A stretch of 64,000 nt of DNA, from assembly GCF_009914755.1 (NCBI RefSeq), contig NC_060946.1, one strand, 5' to 3'. Below the pieces are notes generated by a model that worked only from the letters and a program-made list of their open reading frames with translations, was not told the origin of the DNA and searched no databases. The first letter of the stretch is position 1. The number at the start of each line of letters is the position of its first letter. The DNA is from the human T2T-CHM13v2.0 reference genome, Homo sapiens. The translations under genes were made by a program, and so were the position numbers. Positions 30,961-45,900 of this stretch are shown in pieces.

Positions 30961-33900
30961 AACCCCAGTTGGACAGGATTTGATTCCATTCAATTCTATT
31001 GCATTGAATTCAATTCTGTTCCATTCCATTCTTTTCCATTCCACTCAAGTAGATTCCAATACATTCTATTGCATTCGACACCATTTCATTTCATTCCATT
31101 ACATTCCATTCTATTCCATTCCAATCCATTCCATTCCATTCTATTCCTTTCCATTCCATTCGATTCCATTCCATTCCACTCGAGTTGATTCCCTTCCATT
31201 CTATTGCATTCCATTCCATTCCATTCCATTCCAATCCATTCCATTCCATTCCATTTCATTCCATTCCAATCTAGTTGATTCCACTCCATTCTGTTGAATT
31301 CCATTCCATTCCATTCCATTCCATTCCTTTCCATTCCTTTCCACTTGAGATATTTCCATTTCACTCTACTGCATTACATTCAAATCCATTGCATTCCATT
31401 CCGTTCCATTCCATTTCAGTCGAGTTAATTCCATTCCATTCTAATTCATTCGAGGCCACTTCATTCCATTCCATTCCATTCCATTCCATTCCATTCCATT
31501 CCTTTCAGGTCCATTCAATACAAATTAACTGTATTCCACTCCATTCCATTCCATTCCATTCCATTCCGTTCCATTCCATTCCATTCCTTTCAGGTCCATT
31601 CAATTCAAATTAACTGTATTCCACTCCATTCCATTCCATTCCATTCCATTCCGTTGCATTCCATTCCATACTGTTCCATTACGGTTGATTCTTTTCCATT
31701 CTATTCCATTCCGTTCCATTCCATTCCATTCCATTCCATTCCATTCCATTCCATTCCACTCGGGATGATTCCATTCCATTCCATTCCATTCCATTCCATT
31801 CCATTCCATTCCACTCAATTCCATTCCATTCCAATCTATTCCATTCCATTCCATTCCACTCGAATTGATTCCATTCAATTCCATTCCATTCCATTCCAAT
31901 CCATTCCATTCCATTCCATTCCAATCCATTCCATTGCACTCAGGTTGATTCCATTCCATTCCATTCCATTGTATTCCCTTCCATTCCATTTCATTCCATT
32001 CCATTCCATTCCATTCCATTCTAGTTCATTCCATTCCATTCCATTATATTCCATTCCATTCCATTCTATTCCATTCTAGTTGATTCTATTCCATTCCATT
32101 GCATTCCATTCCTTTCATTCCATTCCACTGGGGATGATTCCATTCCATTCCATTACATTCCATTCCATTCCACTCAGGTTGATTCCATTCCTTTCCATTC
32201 CATTCCATACCATTCCATTCCGTTGCATTCCATTCCATTCCATTCCCCTCGGGTTGATTCCATTCCATTCCATTCCATTCCATTCCATTCCATTCCATTC
32301 CATTCTATTCCATTCCATTCCACTTGGGTTGATTCCATTCCATTCCATTCCATTCCATTCCATTGCACTCCATTCCACTCCATTCCACTCGGGTTGATTC
32401 CATTCCATTCCATTCCATTCCATTGCATTCCACTCGGGATGACTCCATTAAATTCCATTCCATTCCATTCCATTCCATTCCATTCCACTCTGGATGATTC
32501 CATTCCTTCCATTCCTTTCCATTCCGTTACTTTCTTTTCCACTACGCTTGAGTCCATTCCATTCCATTCCATTCCATTCCATTCCATTCCATTCTACCCG
32601 GGTTGACTACATTCCTTTCCATTAAATTCCTTTCCATTCCATTCCATTCCACTCGGGTTGATTCCATTCCATTCTATTCCATTCCATTGCATTCGAGTTG
32701 ATTCCATTTCATTCTATTGTATTCGAGGCCACATCATTCCATTCCATTCAATTCCATTCTATTGCATTCCATTCCATTGCATTCCACTCCTTTCCATTCC
32801 ATTCCACTCGAGTTGATTACATTCCATTCTGTTGCATTCGAGGCTACTTCTTTCCATTCCTTTCCATTCCATTCTATTGCATTCCATTCCATTCCATTCC
32901 ATTCCCTTCCACTCCATTGCATTCCATTCCATTCCACTCGGGTTGATTCCATCCCATTCCATTCCATTGCATTACTTTCCATTCCAATCCCTTCTAGTTG
33001 ATTCCATTCCATTCTATTCCTTTCCATTCCATTCCATTCCATTCAATTTTACTCGGGTTGATTCCATTCCCTTCCATTCCATAACATCCCATTCCATTCC
33101 GTTCCATAAAATTCCATTCCATTCCATTCTACTCATTTTGATTCCATTCCATTCCATTCCTTTCCCTTCCTTTCCATTCCATTCCAATCCATTCCATTCC
33201 ACTCGGGTTGATTCCATTCCATTCCATTCCATTTGATTCCATTCCATTTGATTCCATTCCATTCCATTCCATTCCATTCCATTCCATGTCACTCGGGTTG
33301 ATAGCATTCCATTCCATTCCATTCCATTCCATTCCATTCTGTTCCATTCCATTCGGGTTGATGCCATTCCATTCCATTCCATTGCATTGCATTCCATTCC
33401 ATTCCATTCCATTCCACTCGGGTTGATTTCATTCCATTCCATTCCATTCAATTCCATTCCATTCCATTCCACTCGGGATGACTCCAATAAATTCCATTCC
33501 ATTCCATTCTATTCCATTCTATTGCATTCCATTCCATTCCATTCCATTCCATTCCACTCTGGATGATTCCATTCCATTCCATTCTTTTCCATTCCGTTAC
33601 ATTCTTTTCCACTCTGATTGATTCCATTCCATTCCATTCAATTCAATTCCATTCCATTCCATTCCATTCCATTCCATTCCATTCCATTCCACTCGGGTTG
33701 ACTCCATTCCATTCCATTAAATTCCATTCCAATCTATTCCATTCGACTCGTGTTGATTCCATTCCATTCCATTCCATTCCATTCCAGTTGATTCCTTTCC
33801 ATTCCATTCCATTGCATTCCATTCTATTCCATTCCATTCAATCGATTCCATTTAATTCTGTTGCACTTGAGGCCACATAATTGCAATCCATTCAATTCCA

Positions 33901-36900
33901 TTCTATTGCATTCCATTCCATTGTATTCCACTCCTTTCCATTGCATTCCACTTGAGTTGATTGCATTCCATTCTTTTGCATTCGAGGCTACTTCATTCCA
34001 TTCCATTCTATTCTATTCCATTGCATTCCATTCCATTCCATTCCATTCAATAGATTCCATTTAATTCTGTTGCACTTGAGGCCACATTATTGCAATCCAT
34101 TCAATTCCATTATATTGCATTCCATTCCATTGTATTCCACTCCTTTCCATTGCATTCCACTTGAGTTGATTGCATTCCATTCTTTTGCATTCGAGGCTAC
34201 TTCATTCCATTCCATTCCATTCTATTCCATTGCATTCCATTCCATTACATTTCATTCCATTCCACTCGAGTTGATTCCATTCCATTTTATTGCATTCTAT
34301 TCCATTCCATTCCATTCCATTCCATTCCATTCCATTCCAGTCTATTCCGTTCTATTCCATTGCATTCCATTCCATTCCGTTCCATTACGGCTGATTCCTT
34401 TCCATTCTATTCCATTCCATTCCATTCCATTCCATTCCATTCCATTGCATTCCAATTAATTCCATTCCATTCCATTCCACTCGGGTTGATTCCACTCGAT
34501 TCCTTTCCATTCCATTCCTTCCATTCCATTGTACTCGGATTGATTCCATTCCATTATATTCCCTTCCATTCCATTTCATTCCATTCCATTCCATTTCATC
34601 CTACTCCATTCCTTTCTAGTTCATTCCATTCCATTCCATTCCATTCCATTCCATTCCACTCGGGTTGTTTCCATTCCATTCCATTCCACTTGGGTTGTCT
34701 CCATTCCATTACATTCCACTCCATTCCATTCCATTCCATTTCATTCTATTCCATTCTAGTTGATTCCATTCCATTCCATTACAGTCGATTCTATTCTATT
34801 TCTTTCCATTCCATTCCCCTGGGGTTGATTCCCTTCCATTCCATTCCATTCCATTGCATTCCATTCCATTCCATTCCATTCCATTCCATTCCATTCCACT
34901 CGGTTTGATTCCATTCCATTCCATTCCGTTCCGTTCCGTTCCATTCCGCTCCTTTCCATTCCATTCCATTCCAATCCATTCCATTCCATTCCATTCCATT
35001 CCCTTCCATTTCTTTCCATTCCATTCCACTCGGGTTGATTCCATGCCATTCCATTGCATTCTATTCCATTATATTCCATTCAACACCATTCCATTCCATT
35101 CCACTCCATTCCATTACATTCCATTCCATTTCATTCCATTCCAACTGGTTGATTCCATTCCAGTCAGTTCCATTCCACTCCATTCCATTCTATTCCATTC
35201 CATTCAATTCTATTTGGGTTGATTCCATTCCACTCCATTACATTCCATTCCCTTCCATTCCATTCCAGTTGATTCCATTCCATACTATTCCATTCCATTC
35301 CATTACATTACATTACATTCCATTCCATCCTCTTAATGTTGATTCCATTCCATTCCATTCTATTCCATTCCATTCCATTCCATTCCATGCCACTCGTGTT
35401 GATTCCATTCCTTTCCATTCCATTCCATTCCATTCCACTCCCGTTGATTCCATTCCTTTCCATTCCATTCCATTCCATTCCACTCCCGTTGATTCCATTC
35501 CACTCCATTCCTTTCCATTCCTTTCCATTCCATTTCATTCCATTCCATTCTACTTGTGTTGATTCCATTCCATTCAGTTCCATTCCATTCCTTTCCATTC
35601 TATTCCATTTGCGTTTATTCCATTCCATTGCATTCCATTCCCTTCCAATCGGATTGATTCCATTCCATGCCATTCCATTCCATTCCATTCCATGCCATTC
35701 CATTGCACTCGGGTTGATCATTCCATTGCAATCCATTTCATTCTATTCCACTTCATTCCACTCGGGTTGATTCTATTCCATTCCATTCCATTCTATTCCA
35801 TTCCATTTAATTCCATTGCATTCCATTCCATTCCTTTCCACTCATGTTGATTACATTCCATTCCATTGCATTCCATTGCATTCCATTCCATTCCATTCCT
35901 TTCCGTTCCACTCGGGTTGATTCCATTCCGTTGAATTCCACTCAATTCCATTCCATTCCATTCCATTCCATTCCATGCCATTCCATTTCACTCGGATTGA
36001 TTGCATTCCATTCCATTCCCATCCATTCCATTCCATTCCTTTCCACTCTGGTTGATTCCATTCCATTGCATTCCACTCTATTCCATTCCATTTCATTCCA
36101 TTCCATTCCATTTCATTCCATTCCATTCCATTCCACTCGCGGTGATTCCCTTCCGTTCCAGTCCATTGCATTCCATTCCATTTCATTCCATTCCACTCGG
36201 GTTAATTCCATTCTTTTCCATTCCATTCCATTCCAAACCATTCCATTCCATTCCATTCCATTCCATTCCATTCCACTCCTTTCCATTCCATTCCACTTCA
36301 CTCGGGTTGATTCCATGCCATTCCATTCCGTTCCATTCCATTCCATTCCATTTGATTTTATTCCATTCCGTTCCATTCAATTCCCTTCCATTCCATTCCA
36401 TTCCTTTGCATTCGAATCGGGTTGATTCCAATCCATTCCATTTCATTCCAGTGCATTCTATTCCATTCCAATACACTCAGGACGTTTTCATTCCATTGAA
36501 TTCCTGTCCATTCCATTCAATTCCATTCCATTGCATTCCATTCCACTCGGGCTGTTTCCATTCCATTCCATTAGTTTCCATTCCATTCCATTGCATTCCA
36601 TTAGTTTCCATTCCATTCCATTCCATTCCATTCCATTCCATTCCATTCCATTCCTTTCCACTCAGGTTGATTCCGTTTCATTCCATTCCATTCCATTGCA
36701 TTCCATTCCAATTGATTCCGTTGCATTCCATTCCATTCCATTCCAGTCCACTCGGGTTGTTTGCATTCCATTCCATTCCATTCCGTTCCATTCCACTCCT
36801 CTTGGGTTGATTCCATTTCTTTCCATTCCATTTTATTCGATTCCATTCCATGCCATTCCATTCCATTCCATAGCATTCCACTAAGGTTGATTCCATAACT

Positions 36901-39900
36901 TTCCATTCCATTCCATTCCATTTCTTTCCATTCCATTCCTATCCATTTCATTCCATTCCATTCCTTTCCACTCGGGTTGATTCCATTTCATTCCATTCCA
37001 TTCCATTCCGTTCCATTCCCTTCCGTTGCATTCCATTCCATTCCATTCCATTCCATTCCATTGCATTCCACTCGGGTTGATTTCATTCCATTCCATTCCA
37101 TTAGGGTCGATTACTTTCCATTCCATTCCATTCTATACCATTCCATTCCAGGCCATTCCATTCCATTCCATTCCATTCCACTCCATTGCAATCCATTACA
37201 TTCCACTCAGGTTGAATCCATTCCATTCCGTTCCAATCCATTGCATTCGACTCGATTCCACGCGGATTCAATCCATTCCATTGCATTCCATTCCGTTCCA
37301 ATCCATTGCATTCGACTCGATTCCACGCGGGTTCAATCCATTCCATTGCATTCCATTCCATTCTGTTCCCTTCCATTCCACGGCATTCCATAAAGTTCCA
37401 TTCCATTCGGGTTGATTCCATTCCATTTCATTGCATTGGATTCCATTCCATTGCATTACATTCCATTCCATTCAACTCAGGTTGATTCCATTCCATTCCA
37501 TTCCATTCTATTCCACTCGGGTTGATTCCATTCTGTTCCTTTCCATTTCATTCCATTCCATTCCATTCCACTCGGGTTGATTCCATAACATTCCATTCCA
37601 TTCCATTAGACTCCATTCCATTCCTTTCCATTCCATTCCATTCCAGTCGGGTTGATTCCATTCCATTCCTTTCCATTCCATTCTATTCTATTCCATTCCA
37701 TTCCTTTCCATTCCATTCCACTGGGGCTGATTCCATTGCATTCCATTCCAATTGGGTTGATTGCATTCCATTCCATTCCATTCCATTCATTTCCATTCCA
37801 CTCGGGTTGATTCCAGAGCATTCTATTCTATTCCATCCCATTCCATTCGTGTTGATTCCAATCCATTCCATTCCATTCCATTCCATTCCACTCCATTCCA
37901 TTCCATTCCAATCCATTCCATTCCATTCCATCCGGATTGATTCCATTCCATTGCATTATAATCAATTCCATTCCATTCCATTCCATTCGGGTTGATTCCA
38001 TTCCATTCCATTCCATTCCATTCCATTCCATTGCATTCCATTCCATTGCATTCCAATCGGGTTGATTCCATTCCATTCCACTCTTTCCATTCCATTCCAC
38101 TCGTGTTGATTCCATTCCATTCCACTCGGGTTAATTCCATTCCATTCCATTCCATTCCATTCCATTCCATTCCATTCCATTCCATTCCATGCCGTTCCTT
38201 TCCATTCCATTCCATTCCATTCCATTCTATTCCATTACAATCGGATTGATTCCATTCCATTCCATTCCATTCCATTCCATTCCATTCCATTCCATGCCAT
38301 TCCATTGCACTCGGGTTGATCATTCCATTCCAATCCATTACATCCTATTCCACTTCATTCCACTTGGGTTGATTCCATTCCATTCCATTCCGTTCTATTC
38401 CATTCCATTTAATTCCATTGCATTCCATTCCATTCCATTCCATTCTTTTCTATTCCATTCCAATCCACTAGGGTTGATTCCATTCCATTCCATTCCATTC
38501 CATTCCATTCCATTTGATTTTATTCCATTCCATTCCATTCCATTCCATTCCATTCCTTTGCATTCGAATCGGGTTGATTCCAATCCATTCCATTTCATTC
38601 CAGTGCATTCCATTCCATTCCAATCCACTCGGAATGTTTTCATTCCGTTGAATTCCTGTCCATTCCATTCCATTCCATTGCATTCCATTCCACTCGGGTT
38701 GTTTCCATTCCATTCCATTCCACTCAGGTTGATTCCGTTTCATTCCATTCCATTCCATTGCATTCCATTCCAATTGATTCCATTGCATTCCATTCCATTC
38801 CATTCCAGTCCACTCGGGTTGATTGCATGCCATTCCATTCCATTCCGTTCCATTCCATTCCTCTTGTTGATTCCGTTCCTTTCCATTCCATTTTATTCCA
38901 TTCCATTCCATTCCATTCCATACCATTCCACTAAGGTTAATTCCATACCCTTCCGTTCCATTCCAATCCATTTCTTTCCATTCCATTCCATTCCATACCA
39001 TTCCACTAAGGTTGATTCCATACCATTCCGTTCCATTCCATTCCATTTCTTTCCATTCCATTCCTGTCCATTTCATTCCATTCCATTACTTTCCACTCGG
39101 GTTGATTCCATTTCATTCCCTTCCATTCCTTTCCACTCGGGTTGATTCCATTTCATTCAATTCCATTCCTTTCCGTTCCGTTCCCTTCCATTGAATTCCA
39201 TTCCATTCCATTCCATTCCATTCCATTCCATTCCATTCGGGTTGATTACTTTCCATTCCATTCCATTCTATACCATTCCATTCCAGGCCGTTCCATTCCA
39301 TTCGGGTTGATTACATTCCATTCCATTCCATTCTATTCCATTCCACTCCATTACAATCCATTACATTCCACTCAGGTTAAATCCATTCCATTCCGTTCCA
39401 ATCCATTGCATTCCACTCGATTCCACTCGGATTCAATCCATTCCATTCCATTCCATTCTGTTCTTTTCCCTTCCATTCCACGGCATTCCATAAAATTCCA
39501 TTCCATTCGGGTTGATTCCATTCCATTCCATTGCATTCGATTCCATTCCATTGCATTCCATTCCATTCCATTCCACTCAGGTTGATTCCATTCCATTCAA
39601 TTCCATTCTATTCCACTCGGGTTGATTCCATTCTGTTCCTTTCCATTTCATTCCATTCCATTCCATTCCGTTCCATTCCATTCCATTCCATTCCATTCCA
39701 TTCCACTCTGGTTGATTCCATACCATTCCATTCCATTCCATTCCATTCCATTCCATTCCATTCCATTCTTTTCCATTCCATTCCATTCCAGTCGGGTTGA
39801 TTCCATTCCATTCCTTTCCATTCCGTTCCATTCCATTCCGTTCCATTCCTTTCCATTCCATTCCACTCGGGCTGATTCCATTGCATTCCATTCGATTCCA

Positions 39901-42900
39901 TTCCAATTGGGTTGATTGCATTCCATTCTATTCCATTCCATTCATTTCCATTCCGCTCAGGTTGATTCCAGAGCATTCCATTCCATTCCATTCCATTGCA
40001 TTCCATTCCACTCGGGTTGATTCCATTCCATTCCAATCCATTCCTTTTCACTCGGGTTGATTCCATTCTATTCGATTCCATACCATTCCACTAATGTTGT
40101 TTCCATACCATTCCATTCCATTCCATTCCATTCTATTCCATTCCATTCCATTCCACTCGGGTTGATTCCATTCCATTCCATTCCATTCCATTCCATTCCA
40201 TTCCCTTCCATTCGTGTCAATTCCACTCTATTATGTTCCATTCCTTTCCATTCCATTCCATTCCATTCCTTTCCATTCCATTCCACTCGGGTTGATTCCA
40301 TTCCATTCCATTCCATTGCATTCCATTCCATTCCATTCCACTCGGGTTGATTCCATTCCGTTGAATTCCATTCAATTCCAATCCATTCCATTCCATTCCA
40401 TTCCATTCCATTCCATTCCATTTGACTCGGGTTGATTGCATTCCATTACATTCCCATTGATTCCATTCCATTCCATTCCACTCTTGTTGATTCCATTCCA
40501 TTCAATTACACTCCATTCCATTCCATTTCATTCCATTTCATTCCATTCCCCTAGCGGTGATTCCATTCCGTTCCACTCCATTGCATTCCATTCCATTTCA
40601 TTCCTTTCCACTCGGGTTAATTCCATTCATTTCCATTACATTCCATTCCATACCATTCCATTCCATTCTATTCCACTCCTTTCCATTCCATTCCACTCCA
40701 CTCGGGTTGATTCCATTCCATTCCATTCCGTTCCATTCCATTCCTTTAAATTCCATTCCATTCCAGTTGATTTTATTCCATTCCGTTCCATTCCATTCCC
40801 TTCCATTCCATTCCATTCCATTGCATTCGAATCGTGTTGATTCCAATCCATTCCATTTCATTCCAGTCAATTCTATTCCATTCCACGCGACTCGGGTCAA
40901 TCCATTGTGATGAATTCCAGTCCATTCCATTCCATTCCATGCAATTGCATTCCATTCCACTTGGGTTGCTTCCATTCCATTCCATTAGTTTCCATTCCAT
41001 TCCATTCCATTCCACTCAGGTTGATTCCGTTTCATTCCATTCCATTCCAATTGATTCCATTGCATTCCATTCCATTCCATTCCATTCCACTCAGGTTGAT
41101 TCCATTCCATTCCATTCCATTCCATTCCATTCCATTCCATTCCATTCCATTCATCTTGGCGTGATTCCATTCCTTTATATTCCATTTTATTCCATTCAAT
41201 TCCATTACATTCCTTTCCATACCATTCCACTAAGGTTGATTCCATACCGTTCCATTCCATTCCATTCCATTCCATTTCTTTCCATTCCATTCCTGTCCAT
41301 TTCATTCCATTCCATTCCTTTTCACTCTGGTTGATTCCATTTCGTTCTATTCCATTGATTTCCACTCGGGTTGATTCCATTTCATTCAATTCCATTCCAT
41401 TCCGTTCCGTTCCCTTCCGTTGCATTCCATTCCATTCCATTGCATTCCACTCGGTTTGATTCCATTCCTTTCTGTTCCATTCCATTCCATTCCATTCGAT
41501 TCCATTCCATTCCATTCCACTCCATTCCATTCCATTCCATTCCATTCCATTCCACTCAGGTTGATTCCGTTGTATTCAATTCCATTCCATTGCACTTGGG
41601 TTGACTCCATTCCATTCCATTCCATTCCATTCCATTCCTTTCCATTCATTTCCATTACATTCTGTTACACTCAGGATGACTCCAGAGCATTCCATTCCAT
41701 TCCATTCAATTCCATTCCATTCCATTCCTTTCCAATCGGATTGATTCCTTTCCATGCCATTCCATTCCATTCCATTCCATGCAATTCCATTGCACTCGGG
41801 TTGATCATTCCATTCCAATGCATTTCATTCTATTCCACTTCATTCCACTCGGGTTGATTCTATTCCATTCCATTCCATTCTATTCCATTCCATTTAATTC
41901 CATTGCATTCCATTCCATTCCTTTCCACTCGTGTTGACTCCATTCCATTCCATTGCATTCCATTGCATTCCATTCCATTTCATTCTATTCCACTTCATTC
42001 CAATCGGGTTGATTCTATTCCATTCCATTCCATTCTATTCCATTCCATTTAATTCCATTGCATTCCGTTCCATTCCTTTCCACTAGTGTTGTTTCCATTC
42101 CATTCCATTGCATTCCATTGCATTCCATTCCATTTCATTCCTTTCCATTCCACTCGGGTTGACTCCATTCCGTTGAATTCCATTCAATTCCTTTCCATTC
42201 CATTCCATTCCATTCCTTTCCATTCCATTCCATTCCATGCCATGCCATTCCATTCCATTTCACTTGGGTTGATTACATTCCATACCATTCCCATCCATTC
42301 CATTCCATTCCATTCCACTCTGGTTGATTCCATTCCATTGCATTCCACTCGATTCCATTCCATTTCTTTCCATTCCGTTCCATTCCATTCCACTCGCGGT
42401 GATTCCCTTCCGTTCCATTCCATTGTTTTCCATTGCATTTCATTCCTTTCCACTCGGGTTAATTCCATTCTTTTCCATTTCATTCCATTCCAAACCATTC
42501 CATTCCATTCCATTCCATTCTTTTCTATTCCATTCCACTCCACTAGGGTTGATTCCATTCCATTCCATTCCATTCCATTCCATTCCATTCCATTCCTTTG
42601 CATTCGAATCGGGTTGATTCCAATCCATTCCATTTCATTCCAGTGCATTCCATTCCATTCCAATCCACTCGGAACGTTTTCATTCCGTTGAATTCCTGTC
42701 CATTCCATTCCATTCCATTCCATTCCATTGCATTCCATTGCATTCCATTCCACTCGGGTTGTTTCCATTCCATTCCATTCCACTCAGGTTGATTCCTTTT
42801 CATTCCATTCCATTGCATTGCATTCCATTCCAATTGATTCCATTGCATTCCATTCCATTCCATTCCAGTCCACTCGGGTTGATTGCATGCCATTCCATTC

Positions 42901-45900
42901 CATTCCGTACCATTCCATTCCTCTTGTTGATTCCGTTCCTTTCCATTCCAGTTTATTCCATTCCATTCCATTCCATTCCATACCATTCCACTAAGGTTGA
43001 TTCCATACCATTCCGTTCCATTCCAATCCATTTCTTTCCATTCCATTCCATTCCATTCCATACCATTCCACTAAGGTTGATTCCATACCATTCCGTTCCA
43101 TTCCATTCCATTTCTTTCCATTCCATTCCTATCCATTTCATTCCATTCCATTTCTTTCCTCTCGGGTTGATTCCATTTCATTCCCTTCCATTCCTTTCCA
43201 CTCGGGTTGATTCCATTTCATTCAATTCCATTCCTTTCCGTTCCGTTCCCTTCCATTGAATTCCATTCCATTCCATTCCATTCGGGTTGATTACTTTCCA
43301 TTCCATTCCATTCGATAACATTCCATTCCAGGCCGTTCCATTCCATTCGGGTTGATACCATTCCATTCCATTCCATTCCACTCCATTGCAATCCATTACA
43401 TTCCACTCAGTTTAAATCCATTCCATTCCGTTCCAATCCATTGCATTCCACTCGATTCCACTCGGATTCAATCCATTCCATTCCATTCCATTCTGTTCTT
43501 TTCCCTTCCATTCCATGGCATTCCATAAAATTCCATTCCATTCGGGTTGATTCCATTCTATTCCATTGCATTCGATTCGATTCCATTACATTCCATTCCA
43601 TTCCATTCCACTCAGGTTGATTCCATTCCATTCAATTCCATTCTATTCCACTCGGGTTGATTCCATTCTGTTCCTTTCCATTTCATTCCATTCCATTCCA
43701 TTCCATTCCATTCCATTCCATTCCATTCCATTCCACTCTGGTTGATTCCATACCATTCCATTGCATTCCATTCCATTCCATTCCATTCTTTTCCATTCCA
43801 TTCCATTCCAGTCGGGTTGATTCCATTCCATTCCTTTCCATTCCGTTCCATTCCATTCCGTTCCATTCCTTTCCATTCCATTCCACTCGGGCTGATTCCA
43901 TTGCATTCCATTCGATTCCATTCCAATTGGGTTGATTGCATTCCATTCCATTCCATTCCATTCATTTCCATTCCGCTCAGGTTGATTCCAGAGCATTCCA
44001 TTCCATTCTATTCCATTCCATTCCATTCCACTCGGGTTGATTCCATTCCATTCCATTCCATTCCATTCCCTTCCATTCGTGTCAATTCCACTCTATTATG
44101 TTCCATTCCATTCCATTCCATTCCATTCCATTCCTTTCCATTCCATTCCATTCCACTCTAGTTGATGCCATTCCATTCCATTCCACTCTAGTTGATGCCA
44201 TTCCATTCCATTCCATTCCATTCCATTCCAGTTGATACCATTCCATTCCATTCCATCCATTGCATTCCATTCCATTCGATTCTACTCCCCTCGGGTTGAT
44301 TCAATTCCATTCCACACTTTCCATTCCATTCCACTCATGTGGATTCCATTCCATTCCACTCGGGTTGATTCCTTTCCATTCCATTCCGTTCCGTTCCGTT
44401 CCGTTCCATTCCATTCCATTCCAATCAATTCCATTCCAATCGGACAGATTCCATTCCATTCCATTCCATTCCATTCCATTCCATGCCATTCCATTGCACT
44501 CGGGTTGATCATTCCATTCCAATCCATTACATTGCTATTCCACTTCATTCCACTTGGGTTGATTCCATTCCATTCCATTCAATTCTATTCCATTCCATTT
44601 AATTCCATTGCATTCCATTCCATTCCATTCCATTCCACTCGGGTTGATTCCATTCCATTCCATTCCATTGCATTCCATTCCATTCCATTCCACTCGGGTT
44701 GATTCCATTCCGTTGAATTCCATTCAATTCCAATCCATTCCATTCCATTCCATTCCATTCCATTTCACTCGGGTTGATTGCCTTCCATTACATTCCCATT
44801 GATTCCATTCCATTCCATTCCACTCTAGTTGATTCCATTCCATTCAATTACACTCCATTCCACTCCATTTCATTCCATTTCATTCCATTCCCTTAGCGGT
44901 GATTCCATTCCGTTGCACTCCATTGTATTCCATTCCATTTCATTCCTTTCCACTCGGGTTAATTCCATTCATTTCCATTCCATTCCATTCCATACCATTC
45001 CATTCCATTCCATTCCACTCCTTTCCATTCCATTCCATTCCATTCCACTCCTTTCCATTCCATTCCACTCGACTCAGGTTGATTCCATTCCATTCCATTC
45101 CGTTCCATTCCATTCCTTTAAATTCCATTCCATTCCAGTTGATTTTATTCCATTCCGTTCCATTCCATTCCCTTCCATTCCATTCCATTGCATTCGAATC
45201 GTGTTGATTCCATTCCATTCCATTTCATTCCAGTCCATTCTATTCCATTGCACTCCACTCGGGTCGATCCATTCTGATGAATTCCAGTCCATTCCATTCC
45301 ATTCCATGCAATTGCATTCCATTCCACTTGGGTTGCTTCCATTCCATTCCATTAGTTTCCATTCCATTCCATTCCATTCCACTCAGGTTGATTCCGTTTC
45401 ATTCCATTCCGTTCCAATTGATTCCATTGCATTCCATTCCATTCCATTCCATTCCACTCAGGTTGATTCCATTCCATTCCATTCCATTCCATTCCATTCC
45501 ATTCCATTCATCTCGGCGTGATTCCATTCCTTTCTATTTCATTTTATTCCATTCAATTCCATTACATTCCTTTCCATACCATTCCACTAAGGTTGATTCC
45601 ATACCGTTCCATTCCATTCCATTCCATTCCATTTCTTTCCATTCCATTCCTGTCCATTTCATTCCATTCCATTCCTTTTCACTCTGGTTGATTCCATTTC
45701 GTTCTATTCCATTGATTTCCACTCGGGTTGATTCCATTTCATTCAATTCCATTCCATTCCGTTCCATTCCCTTCCGTTGCATTCCATTCCATTCCATTGC
45801 ATTCCACTCGGTTTGATTCCATTCCTTTCTGTTCCATTCCATTCCATTCCATTCCATTCCATTCCATTCCATTCCATTCCATTCGTGTTGATTCCATTCC

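Noticed and set aside
164-31000. Very long + strand ORFs (up to 1,134 aa, e.g. 11986..15390) of HSIPF/HSTPL repeats
   Set aside because: CATTC/CACTC repeats contain no stop codon in any frame. The ORFs overlap in all frames, mostly start at TTG/GTG and have no domain content.
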